Assembly (NCBI RefSeq): GCF_046119375.1
Contig: NW_027362769.1
Location: forward strand, 414,718,001 to 414,782,000
Direction of reading: 5' to 3'
Length of the DNA: 64,000 nucleotides
Source of the DNA: Phyllobates terribilis
Lineage: Eukaryota
This document shows, in pieces, positions 1 through 12,200 of this stretch; the stretch's first letter is position 1, and every line of letters starts with the position of its first letter. Both the position numbers and the translations under genes were made by a program. The notes beneath the pieces were generated by a model that saw only the letters and a program-made list of their open reading frames with translations, was not told where the DNA came from and did no database searches.

Positions 1-1074
1 GCTCACGTACGAGACACAAGCCTGGGTGTGCCGTCACCTCATGTGCGAGACACGAGACCGGCCACAGCGTCAGCTCACGTACGAGACACAAGCCTGGGTG
101 TGCCGTCACCTCATGCGCCAGACGGGAGACCGGCCACAGCGTCAGCTCACGTACGAGACACAAGCCTGGGTGTGCCGTCACCTCATGCGCCAGACACGAG
201 ACCGGCCACAGCGTCAGCTCACGTACGAGACACAAGCCTGGGTGTGCCGTCACCTCATGCGCCAGACACGAGACCGGCCACAGCGTCAGCTCACGTACGA
301 GACACAAGCCTGGGTGTGCCGTCACCTCATGTGCGAGACACGAGACCGGCCACAGCGTCAGCTCACGTACGAGACACAAGCCTGGGTGTGCCGTCGCCTC
401 ATGTGCGAGACAAGAGACCGGCCACAGCGTCAGCTCACGTACGAGACACAAGCCTGGGTGTGCCGTCGCCTCATGTCCAAGACACGAGACGGGCCACAGC
501 ATCAGCTCACGTACGAGACACAAGCCTGGGTGTGCCGTCACCTCATGTGCGAGACACGAGACCGGCCACAGCGTCAGCTCACGTACGAGACACAAGCCTG
601 GGTGTGCCGTCGCCTCATGCGCCAGACGGGAGACCGGCCACAGCGTCAGCTCACGTACGAGACACAAGCCTGGGTGTGCCGTCACCTCATGCGCCAGACA
701 CGAGACCGGCCACAACGTCAGCTCACGTACGAGACACAAGCCTGGGTGTGCCGTCACCTCATGCGCCAGACACGAGACCGGCCACAGCATCAGCTCACGT
801 ACGAGACACAAGCCTGGGTGTGCCGTCGCCTCATGCGCCAGACGCGAGACCGGCCACAGCATCAGCTCACGTACGAGACACAAGCCTGGGTGTGCCGTCG
901 CCTCATGCGCCAGACACGAGACCGGCCACAACGTCAGCTCACGTACGAGACACAAGCCTGGGTGTGCCGTCACCTCATGCGCCAGACGGGAGACCGGCCA
1001 CAGCGTCAGCTCACGTACGAGACACAAGCCTGGGTGTGCCGTCACCTCATGCGCCAGACACGAGACCGGCCACA
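1..1074. repeat. 72-bp tandem repeat (~15 copies, runs off window start)
   Basis: Unit GCTCACGTACGAGACACAAGCCTGGGTGTGCCGTCACCTCATGYGCSAGACACGAGACCGGCCACAGCGTCA; gives a 24-aa periodicity in the ORF track. Confidence 0.97.
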
Positions 1075-1110
1075 CCATCGTACAAGATATGTGGTGGTTC
1101 GGCCGGCCCC

Positions 1111-2889
1111 TATAGGACACCGGCCGGCCCGCAGAGTCTCCTCACGAACAAGACAGGGGCCGGCCGCACCACCACATACAGGACACCGGCCCGCAGCGTC
1201 TCCTCACGAACAAGACAGGGGCCGGCCGCACCACCACATACAGGACACCGGCCGGCCCGCAGCGTCTCCTCACGAACAAGACAGGGGCCGGCCGCACCAC
1301 CACATACAGGACACCAGCCGGCCCGCAGCGTCTCCTGACGAACAAGACAAGGGCCGGCCGCACCACCACATACAGGACACCGGCAGCCCCGCAGCATCTC
1401 CTCACGAACAAGACAGGGGCCGGCCGCACCACCACATACAGGACACCGGCCGGCCCGCAGTGTCTCCTCACGAACAAGACAGGAGCGGCCGCACCACCAC
1501 ATACAGGACACCGGCCGGCCTGCAGCGTCTCCTCACACACAAGACAGGAGCGGCCGCACCACCACATACAGGACACCGGCCGGCCCGCAGCGCCTCCTCA
1601 CGAACAAGACAGGGGCCGGCCGCACCACCACATACAGCACACCGGCCGGCCCGCAGCGTCTCCTCACGAACAAGACAGGAGCGGCCGCACCACCACATAC
1701 AGCACACCGGCCGGCCTGCAGCGTCTCCTCACGAACAAGACAGGAGCGGCCGCACCACCACATACAGCACACCGGCCGGCCTGCAGCGTCTCCTCACGAA
1801 CAAGACAGGAGCGGCCGCACCACCACATACAGCACACCGGCCGGCCTGCAGCGCCTCCTCACGAACAAGACAGGAGCGGCCGCACCACCACATACAGGAC
1901 ACCGGCCGGCCCGCAGCGTCTCCTCACGAACAAGACAGGAGCGGCCGCACCACCACATACAGGACACCGGCCGGCCCGCAGTGTCTCCTCACGAACAAGA
2001 CAGGGGCCGGCCGCACCACCACATACAGGACACCGGCCGGCCTGCAGCGTCTCCTCACGAACAAGACAGAGGCCGGCCGCACCACCACATACAGGACACC
2101 GGCCGGCCCGCAGTGTCTCCTCACGAACAAGACAGGGGCCGGCCGCACCACCACATACAGGACACCGGCCGGCCCGCAGCGTCTCCTCACGAACAAGACA
2201 GGGGCCGGCCGCACCACCACATACAGGACACCAGCCGGCCCGCAGCGTCTCCTCACGAACAAGACAGGGGCCGGCCGCACCACCACATACAGGACACCAG
2301 CCGGCCCGCAGCATCTCCTGACGAACAAGACAAGGGCCGGCCGCACCACCACATACAGGACACCGGCAGCCCCGCAGCATCTCCTCACGAACAAGACAGG
2401 GGCCGGCCGCACCACCACATACAGGACACCGGCCGGCCCGCAGCGTCTCCTCACGAACAAGACAGGAGCGGCCGCACCACCACATACAGGACACCGGCCG
2501 GCCCGCAGCGTCTCCTCACGAACAAGACAGGAGCGGCCGCACCACCACATACAGGACACCGGCCGGCCTGCAGTGTCTCCTCACGAACAAGACAGGGGCC
2601 GGCCGCACCACCACATACAGCACACCGGCCGGCCTGCAGCGTCTCCTCACACACAAGACAGGAGCGGCCGCACCACCACATACAGCACACCGGCCGGCCT
2701 GCAGCGTCTCCTCACGAACAAGACAGGAGCGGCCGCACCACCACATACAGCACACCGGCCGGCCTGCAGCGTCTCCTCACGAACAAGACAGGAGCGGCCG
2801 CACCACCACATACAGCACACCGGCTGGCCTGCAGCGTCTCCTCACGAACAAGACAGGAGCGGCCGCACCACCACATACAGGACACCGGC
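1111..2889. repeat. 65/66-bp GC-rich tandem repeat (~27 copies)
   Basis: Unit CACCACCACATACAGGACACCGGCCGGCCCGCAGCGTCTCCTCACGAACAAGACAGGGGCCGGCCG; a 65-bp variant ends GGAGCGGCCG. Confidence 0.96.
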
Positions 2890-3172
2890 ACAGCTGCTTG
2901 AATCTATCATGTCTTCTCAAATGATAGAGTTGCCTGGACACAAACACTTCAGACATGACGCACCACAGAAGAGACCCGGCGACATGTTGGGTCATAAAAG
3001 CAGGACTCCCAGCCGACTGCTGGAGAATAGCACATGGCACCTGCCACATGGAGGGCACACGGCCGGGTACAGACGCACTCTCATCATCAGGTGTGTACCG
3101 CCATCTAGTACACATACGTAACACAGCCCTGAGGTCACAGGTCGCGCGGATAAATCACGGATCCAATTCATC

Positions 3173-3178
3173 TTTATT
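3173..3178 (-). promoter_or_regulatory. Probable polyadenylation signal (AATAAA) of rnf40
   Basis: TTTATT on + strand, about 70 nt downstream of the rnf40 TGA; implies a short 3' UTR. Not confirmed by transcript data. Confidence 0.6.
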
Positions 3179-3246
3179 GCCTCCATCACCACATCCAGGT
3201 TCCCACCACGAGTTCCTCATTTACGAGTCCAGTCACCTTCTCTCCA

Positions 3247-6200
3247 TCAGTTTATATAAATTCGGTGGAAATCGTGCGCCCCGAAGGCGGCGTTACACTT
3301 GGGGCACTTCCTCTGTCTGGAGTCGTATCGGGTCTTTACACACTCAAAGCAGAAGACGTGGAAACACTTGGTGAGGACGGCATCCTTCTTACGGGTGTTA
3401 CAGCAGGGGCAGGTGAGACGGGCCTAGGGGGAAGCATGGACATAGTCACCACCAGGTTCTGTGCCCGCATGCAGCCTCAGGCCCTGCGCCTGACCCCTGC
3501 ACCCCGCCCCAGGTGCCAACCCTGCATGAAACCTCGGGCCCTGCACCTGACCCCTGCCCGGGTGCCACCCCTGCATGAAGCCTCTGGCCCTGCGCCTGAC
3601 CCCCGCACCCCGCCCCAGGTGCCAACCCTGCATGAAACCTCGGGCCCTGCACCTGACCCCTGCACCCCGGCCCGGGTGCCACCCCTGCATGAACCCTCGG
3701 GCCCAACGCCTGACCCCACATGAAACCTCGAGCCCTGCGCCTGACCCTAGCCCGGGTGCCACCCCTGCATGAAGCCTCTGGCCCTGTGCCTGACCCCTGC
3801 CCCCCACATGCAGCCTCAGGCCCTGCACCTGACCCTACAAGCATCCAAAGGGCATAACCCCTACAACGCCAGGCGTCACTCACCCGTTCCCCAGAAGCAG
3901 CCAAAGGACCCACACATAACACCTACCCTGGCAAGCACCCTCCTGCCCCACCCCATCACCCATACCCCCATATTTCCAGGGGCAGTTTAGGTGCGGCCTG
4001 TTCGCCCTTACTCTGTACTCTTTGATCTCCTCCTGCAGGATCTGATCAGCGTCCGCATAAACCTCCATCTTCTTTTGTTTCTCCAGTTTTCTACGCAGAC
4101 GTGAGACGTCCTCCTGCAGAAGACGGAGGGTTAATAGGGGGAAGATCGGCGAGAGGGGGACTATGGAAAGGACATACATAGTAACATAGTCTTCCTTCAA
4201 TCTTAAAAACTAAGTCCATCTAGTTCACCCCATAGCCGAACATGTTGATCCAGAGGAAGGCAAAAAAAAGCCATGTGGCAAACACTAAGCTCCACATTGG
4301 GGAAAAAATTCCTTCCCGACTCCATACGACAATCAGACTAGTTCCGTGGATCAACGCCCTATTGAGGAATCTAGTATATATAACCTGTAATATTATACTT
4401 TTCAGGAAAGGCGTCCAGGCCCTTCTTACATGTTAGTAGTGAATCCCTCATTACACCATCATGCGGTAGAGAGCTCCATAGTCTCACTGCTCTTACAGTA
4501 AAGAATCCGCGTCTGTGATTATGATTAAACCTTCTTTCCTCCAGACGTAGAAGATGCCCCCTTGTCCCCGTCTCAGGCCTCAGAGTAAAAAGATCAGTAG
4601 AAAGGTCTTTGTACTGTCCCCTCATATACTTGTACATAGTAATAAGATCCCCCCTAAACTAAATAACCCCAAGTGTAATAACCTGTCTTGGTATTGCAGA
4701 CCCCCCAGTCCTCTAATAACCTGTCTTGGTATTGCAGACCCCCCAGTCCTCTAATAACCTGTCTTGGTATTGCAGACCCCCCAGTCCTCTAATAACCTGT
4801 CTTGGTATTGCAGACCCCCCAGTCCTCTAATAACCTGTCTTGGTATTGCAGACCCCCCCCCGTCCTCTAATAACCTGTCTTGGTATTGCAGACCCCCCCC
4901 CGTCCTCTAATAACCTGTCTTGGTATTGCAGACCCCCCCCCGTCCTCTAATAACCTGTCTTGGTATTGCAGACCCCCCCGTCCTCTAATAACCTGTCTTG
5001 GTATTGCAGACCCCCCCCGTCCTCTAATAACCTGTCTTGGTATTGCAGACCCCCCCCGTCCTCTAATAACCTGTCTTGGTATTGCAGACCCCCCAGTCCT
5101 CTAATAACCTGTCTTGGTATTGCAGACCCCCCAGTCCTCTAATAACCTGTCTTGGTATTGCAGACCCCCCAGTCCTCTAATAACCTGTCTTGGTATTGCA
5201 GACCCCCCAGTCCTCTAATAACCTGTCTTGGTATTGCAGACCCCCCAGTCCTCTAATAACCTGTCTTGGTATTGCAGACCCCCCAGTCCTCTAATAACCT
5301 GTCTTGGTATTGCAGACCCCCCCAGTCCTCTAATAACCTGTCTTGGTATTGCAGACCCCCCCAGTCCTCTAATAACCTGTCTTGGTATTGCAGACCCCCC
5401 CAGTCCTCTAATAACCTGTCTTGGTATTGCAGACCCCCCAGTCCTCTAATAACCTTGGTCGCTCTTCTCTGCACCCGCTCTAGTTCAGCTATGTCTTTCT
5501 TATACACCGGAGACCAGAACTGTACACAGTATTCTAAGTGTGGTCGCACTAGTGACTTGTATAGAGGTAAAATTATCTTCTCCTCATCAGCATCTATGCC
5601 TCTTTTAATGCATCCCATTATTTTATTTGCCTTTGCAGCAGCCGCCTGACACTGGCCACTAAACATGAGCTTGTCGTCCACCAATACACCCAGGTCTTTT
5701 TCAGTTACAGTTTTGCCCAGTGTTTTACAATTAAGCATATAATTATACATTTTATTTCCTCAGCCCAAGTGCATTACCTTACATGTATCCCCATTAAAGC
5801 TCATTTGCCATTTATCAGCCCAAGCTTCTAGTTTACATAGATCCTCCTGTAATATAAAATTGTCCTCCTCTGTATTGATTACCCTACAGAGTTTAGTGTC
5901 ATCTGCAAATACTGAAATATTACTCTGTATGCCCCCTACAAGGTCATTAATAAATATGTTAAAAAGAAGGGGGCCCAATACTGACCCCTGTGGTACCCCA
6001 ATACTGACCCCTGTGGTACCCCACTGTTAACTGAGACCCAGTCTGAGTCTTTTCCATTAATAACCACCCTTTGTTTCCTATCACTGAGCCAATTCTTAAC
6101 CCACATACATATATTTTCCCCTCTCCCCATTGTTCTCATTTTATGCATCAACCTTTTGTGTGGAACCGGATCAAAAGCTTTTGAAAAGTCCATATACACA

Positions 6201-9200
6201 ACATCCACTGCATTTCGTTGGTCCAGTCCAGAACTTGCCTCCTCATAAAAACTGATTAGTTTGACAGGAACGGTCCCTCGTAAACCCATGTTGATATTGG
6301 GTCATGAGGTTCTTCTTCGACACGAGGGTTGCCTGCGCTCTCTAGTGGCGGCTGCGGGGCATCGCCTGCGCTCTCTAGTGGCGGCTGCGGGGCATCGCCT
6401 GCGCTCTCTAGTGGCGGCTGCGGGGCATCGCCTGCGCTCTCTAGTGGCGGCTGCGGGGCATCGCCTGCGCTCTCTAGTGGCGGCTGCGGGGCATCGCCTG
6501 CGCTCTCTAGTGGCGGCTGCGGGGCATCGCCTGCGCTCTCTAGTGGCGGCTGCGGGGCATCGCCTGCGCTCTCTAGTGGCGGCTGCGGGGCATCGCCTGC
6601 GCTCTCTAGTGGCGGCTGCGGGGCATCGCCTGCGCTCTCTAGTGGCGGCTGCGGGGCATCGCCTGCGCTCTCTAGTGGCGGCTGCGGGGCATCGCCTGCG
6701 CTCTCTAGTGGCGGCTGCGGGGCATCGCCTGCGCTCTCTAGTGGCGGCTGCGGGGCATCGCCTGCGCTCTCTAGTGGCGGCTGCGGGGCATCGCCTGCGC
6801 TCTCTAGTGGCGGCTGCGGGGCATCGCCTGCGCTCTCTAGTGGCGGCTGCGGGGCATCGCCTGCGCTCTCTAGTGGCGGCTGCGGGGCATCGCCTGCGCT
6901 CTCTAGTGGCGGCTGCGGGGCATCGCCTGCGCTCTCTAGTGGCGGCTGCGGGGCATCGCCTGCGCTCTCTAGTGGCGGCTGCGGGGCATCGCCTGCGCTC
7001 TCTAGTGGCGGCTGCGGGGCATCGCCTGCGCTCTCTAGTGGCGGCTGCGGGGCATCGCCTGCGCTCTCTAGTGGCGGCTGCGGGGCATTACCTGCGCTCT
7101 CTTCAGGCTGAATGATTCCTTCTCCTTGGCGGAGCGGTTGTCACACACCAGGCTCTGCGTGTCGCGCAGCGTGCTGACTATATGTTCCAGCTGAACCTTC
7201 AGGTCCTCGGCGAGCTGAGCCGCTTCCACTGCCTGGGGTAAGTGTAGGGTGAGTAACAGGCGCGGGCGGAGCCACCACACATCCCAGAGCCACCACACAT
7301 CCCAGAGCCGCCACACATCCCAGAGCCGCCCCACGTCCCAGAACAGTCACACGTCCCAGAGCCGCCCCACGTCCCAGAGCCGCCCCACGTCCCAGAACAG
7401 TCACACGTCCCAGAACAGTCACACGTCCCAGAACAGTCACACGTCCCAGAGCCGCCCCACGTCCCAGAACAGTCACACGTCCCAGAGCCGCCCCGGAGCC
7501 ACCACACATCCCAGAACAGTCACACGTCCCAGAGCCGCCACACGTCCCAGAGCCGCCACACGTCCCAGAGCCGCCCCACGTCCCGGAGCCGCCCCGGAGC
7601 CACCACACATCCCAGAGCCGCCACACGTCCCAGAACAGTCACACGTCCCAGAACCGTCACACGTCCCAGAGCCGTCACACGTCCCAGAGCCGCCCCACGT
7701 CCCGGAGCCGCCCCACGTCCCGGAGCCGTCACACGTCCCAGAGCCGCCCCACGTCCCGGAGCCGCCCCACGTCCCGGAGCCGTCACACGTCCCGGAACCG
7801 TCACACGTCCCAGAACCGTCACACGTCCCAGAACCGTCACACGTCCCAGAGCCGTCACACGTCCCAGAGCCGCCCCACGTCCCAGAGCCGCCCCACGTCC
7901 CAGAGCCGCCCCACGTCCCAGAGCCGCCCCACGTCCCAGAGCCGCCCCACGTCCCAGAGCCGCCCCACGTCCCAGAGCCGCCCCACGTCCCAGAGCCGCC
8001 CCACGTCCCAGAGCCGCCCCACGTCCCAGAGCCGCCACACGTCCCAGAGCCGCCACACGTCCCAGAGCCGCCACACGTCCCAGAACAGTCACACGTCCCA
8101 GAACAGTCACACGTCCCAGAACAGTCACACGTCCCAGAACAGTCACACGTCCCAGAACAGTCACACGTCCCAGAACAGTCACACGTCCCAGAGCCGCCAC
8201 ACGTCCCAGAACAGTCACACGTCCCAGAACAGTCACACGTCCCAGAACAGTCACACGTCCCAGAACAGTCACACGTCCCAGAGCCGCCACACGTCCCAGA
8301 GCCGCCACACGTCCCAGAGCCGCCACACGTCCCAGAGCCGCCACACGTCCCAGAGCCGCCACACGTCCCAGAGCCGCCACACGTCCCAGAGCCGCCACAC
8401 GTCCCAGAGCCGCCACACGTCCCAGAGCCGCCCCACGTCCCAGAGCCGCCCCAAGTCCCAGAGCCGCCACACGTCCCAGAACAGTCACACGTCCCAGAGC
8501 CGCCCCAAGTCCCCGAGCCGCCACACGTCCCAGAGCCGCCCCGGAGCCACCACACATCCCAGAGCCGCCCCACGTCCCAGAGCCGCCCCACGTCCCAGAG
8601 CCGCCCCACGCCCCAGAGCCATCACACATCCCAGAGCCGCCCCGGAGCCATCACACATCCCAGAGCCGCCACACATCCCAGAGCCGCCCCGGAGCCACCA
8701 CACGTCCCAGAGCCGCCCCACGTCCCAGAGCCGCCCCACGTCCCAGAGCCGCCCCACGTCCCAGAGCCGCCCCACGTCCCAGAGCCGCCACACGTCCCAG
8801 AGCCGCCACACGTCCCAGAGCCGCCACACGTCCCAGAGCCGCCACACGTCCCAGAGCCGCCACACGTCCCACGTCCCAGAGCCGCCCCGGAGCCACCACA
8901 CATCCCAGAGCCGCCACACGTCCCAGAACAGTCACACGTCCCAGAGACGCCCCACGTCCCAGAGCCGCCCCGGAGCCACCACACATCCCAGAGCCGCCCC
9001 ACGTCCCAGAGCCGCCACACATCCCAGAACAGTCACACGTCCCAGAGCCGCCACACATCCCAGAACAGTCACACGTCCCACGTCCCAGAGCCGCCCCGGA
9101 GCCACCACACATCCCAGAGCCGCCCCACGTCCCAGAACAGTCACACGTCCCAGAGCCGCCCCGGAGCCACCACACATCCCAGAGCCGCCACACGTCCCAG

Positions 9201-12200
9201 AACAGTCACACGTCCCACGTCCCAGAGCCGCCCCGGAGCCAACACACATCCCAGAGCCGCCCCACGTCCCAGAGCCGCCCCACGTCCCAGAGCCGCCCCA
9301 CGTCCCAGAACAGTCACACGTCCCAGAACAGTCACACGTCCCAGAGCCGCCACACGTCCCAGAACAGTCACACGTCCCAGAACAGTCACACGTCCCAGAA
9401 CAGTCACACGTCCAAGAGCCGCCCCACGTCCAAGAGCCGCCCCGGAGCCACCACACATCCCAGAGCCGCCCCACGTCCCAGAGCCGCCCCACGTCCCAGA
9501 GCCGCCCCACGTCCCAGAGCCGCCCCACGTCCCAGAGCCGCCCCACGTCCCAGAGCCGCCCCACGTCCCAGAACCGCCCCACGTCCCAGAGCCGCCCCAC
9601 GTCCCAGAGCCGCCCCGGAGCCACCACACATCCCAGAGCCGCCCCACGTCCCAGAGCCGCCCCGGAGCCACCACACGTCCCAGAGCCGCCCCGGAGCCAT
9701 CACACGTCCCAGAGCCGCCACACGTCCCAGAGCCGCCACACGTCCCAGAGCCGCCCCACGTCCCAGAGCCGCCACACGTCCCAGAGCCGCCACACGTCCC
9801 AGAGCCGCCACACGTCCCAGAGCCGCCCCACGTCCCAGAGCCGCCCCGGAGCCATCACACATCCCAGAGCCGCCCCGGAGCCACCACACGCCCCGGAGCC
9901 GCCACACGTCCCAGAGCCGCCACACGTCCCAGAGCCGCCACACGTCCCAGAGCCGCCACACGTCCCAGAGCCGCCACACGTCCCAGAGCCGCCACACGTC
10001 CCAGAGCCGCCACACGTCCCAGAGCCGCCACACGTCCCAGAGCCGCCACACGTCCCAGAGCCGCCACACGTCCCAGAGCCGCCACACGTCCCAGAGCCGC
10101 CACACGTCCCAGAGCCGCCACACGTCCCAGAGCCGCCACACGTCCCAGAGCCGCCACACGTCCCAGAGCCGCCACACGTCCCAGAGCCGCCACACGTCCC
10201 AGAGCCGCCACACGTCCCAGAGCCGCCACACGTCCCAGAGCCGCCACACGTCCCAGAGCCGCCACACGTCCCAGAGCCGCCACACGTCCCAGAGCCGCCA
10301 CACGTCCCAGAGCCGCCACACGTCCCAGAGCCGCCACACGTCCCAGAGCCGCCACACGTCCCAGAGCCGCCACACGTCCCAGAGCCGCCACACGTCCCAG
10401 AGCCGCCACACGTCCCAGAGCCATCACACATCCCAGAGCCATCACACATCCCAGAGCCGCCCCACATCCCAGAGCCGCCCCGGAGCCACCACACATCCCA
10501 AAGCCGCCCCGGAGCCACCACACGTCCCAGAGCCGCCACACGTCCCAGAGCCGCCACACGTCCCAGAGCCGCCACACGTCCCAGAGCCGCCACACGTCCC
10601 AGAGCCGCCACACGTCCCAGAGCCGCCCCACGTCCCAGAGCCGCCCCAGAGACATCACACATCCCAGAGCCGCCCCGGAGCCACCACACGCCCCGGAGCC
10701 ATCACACATCCCAGAGCCGCCCCGGAGCCGTCACACATCCCAGAGCCGCCACACGTCCCAGAGCCGCCCCACGTCCCAGAGCCGTCACACGTCCCGGAGC
10801 CGCCCCGGAGCCACCACACATCCCAGAACAGTCACACGTCCCAGAACCGTCACACGTCCCAGAGCCGCCCCACGTCCCAGAGCCGCCCCACGTCCCAGAG
10901 CCGCCCCACGTCCCAGAGCCGCCCCACGTCCCAGAGCCGCCCCACGTCTAGGAGCCGTCACACGTCCCAGAGCCGCCCCACGTCCCGGAGCCGTCACACG
11001 TCCCAGAACAGTCACACGTCCCAGAGCCGCCACACGTCCCAGAGCCGCCCCACGTCCCAGAGCCGCCACACGTCCCAGAGCCGCCACACGTCCCAGAGCC
11101 GCCCCACGTCCCAGAGCCGCCCCAGAGCCACCACACATCCCAGAGCCGCCACACGTCCCAGAGACGCCCCACGTCCCAGAGCCGCCCCGGAGCCACCACA
11201 CATCCCAGAGCCGCCCCACGTCCCAGAGCCGCCACACATCCCAGAACAGTCACACGTCCCACGTCCCAGAGCCGCCACACATCCCAGAACAGTCACACGT
11301 CCCACGTCCCAGAGCCGCCCCGGAGCCACCACACATCCCAGAGCCGCCACACGTCCCAGAACAGTCACACGTCCCACAGCCGCCCCGGAGCCACCACACA
11401 TCCCAGAGCCGCCCCACGTCCCAGAACAGTCACACGTCCCACGTCCCAGAGCCGCCCCGGAGCCACCACACATCCCAGAGCCGCCCCACGTCCCAGAACA
11501 GTCACACGTCCCACGTCCCAGAGCCGCCCCGGAGCCACCACACATCCCAGAGCCGCCCCACGTCCCAGAACAGTCACACGTCCCACGTCCCAGAGCCGCC
11601 CCGGAGCCACCACACATCCCAGAGCCGCCCCACGTCCCAGAGCCGCCCCACGTCCCAGAGCCGCCACACGTCCCAGAACAGTCACACGTCCCAGAGCCGC
11701 CACACGTCCCAGAGCCGCCACACGTCCCAGAACAGTCACACGTCCCAGAACAGTCACACGTCCCAGAGCCGCCACACGTCCCAGAACAGTCACACGTCCC
11801 AGAACAGTCACACGTCCAAGAGTCGCCCCACGTCCAAGAGCCGCCCCGGAGCCACCACACATCCCAGAGCCGCCCCACGTCCCAGAGCCGCCCCACGTCC
11901 CAGAGCCGCCCCACGTCCCAGAGCCGCCCCACGTCCCAGAGCCGCCCCACGTCCCAGAGCCGCCCCACGTCCCAGAGCCGCCCCACGTCCCAGAGCCGCC
12001 CCGGAGCCACCACACATCCCAGAGCCGCCCCACGTCCCAGAGCCGCCCCGGAGCCACCACACGTCCCAGAGCCGCCCCGGAGCCGCCACACGTCCCAGAG
12101 CCGCCACACGTCCCAGAGCCGCCACACGTCCCAGAGCCGCCACACGTCCCAGAGCCGCCACACGTCCCAGAGCCGCCACACGTCCCAGAGCCGCCACACG

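Noticed and set aside
26-3121. 1031-aa ORF and overlapping ORFs
   Set aside because: These are translations of the 72- and 66-bp arrays; several frames are open because the units lack stops; no domain is recognisable.
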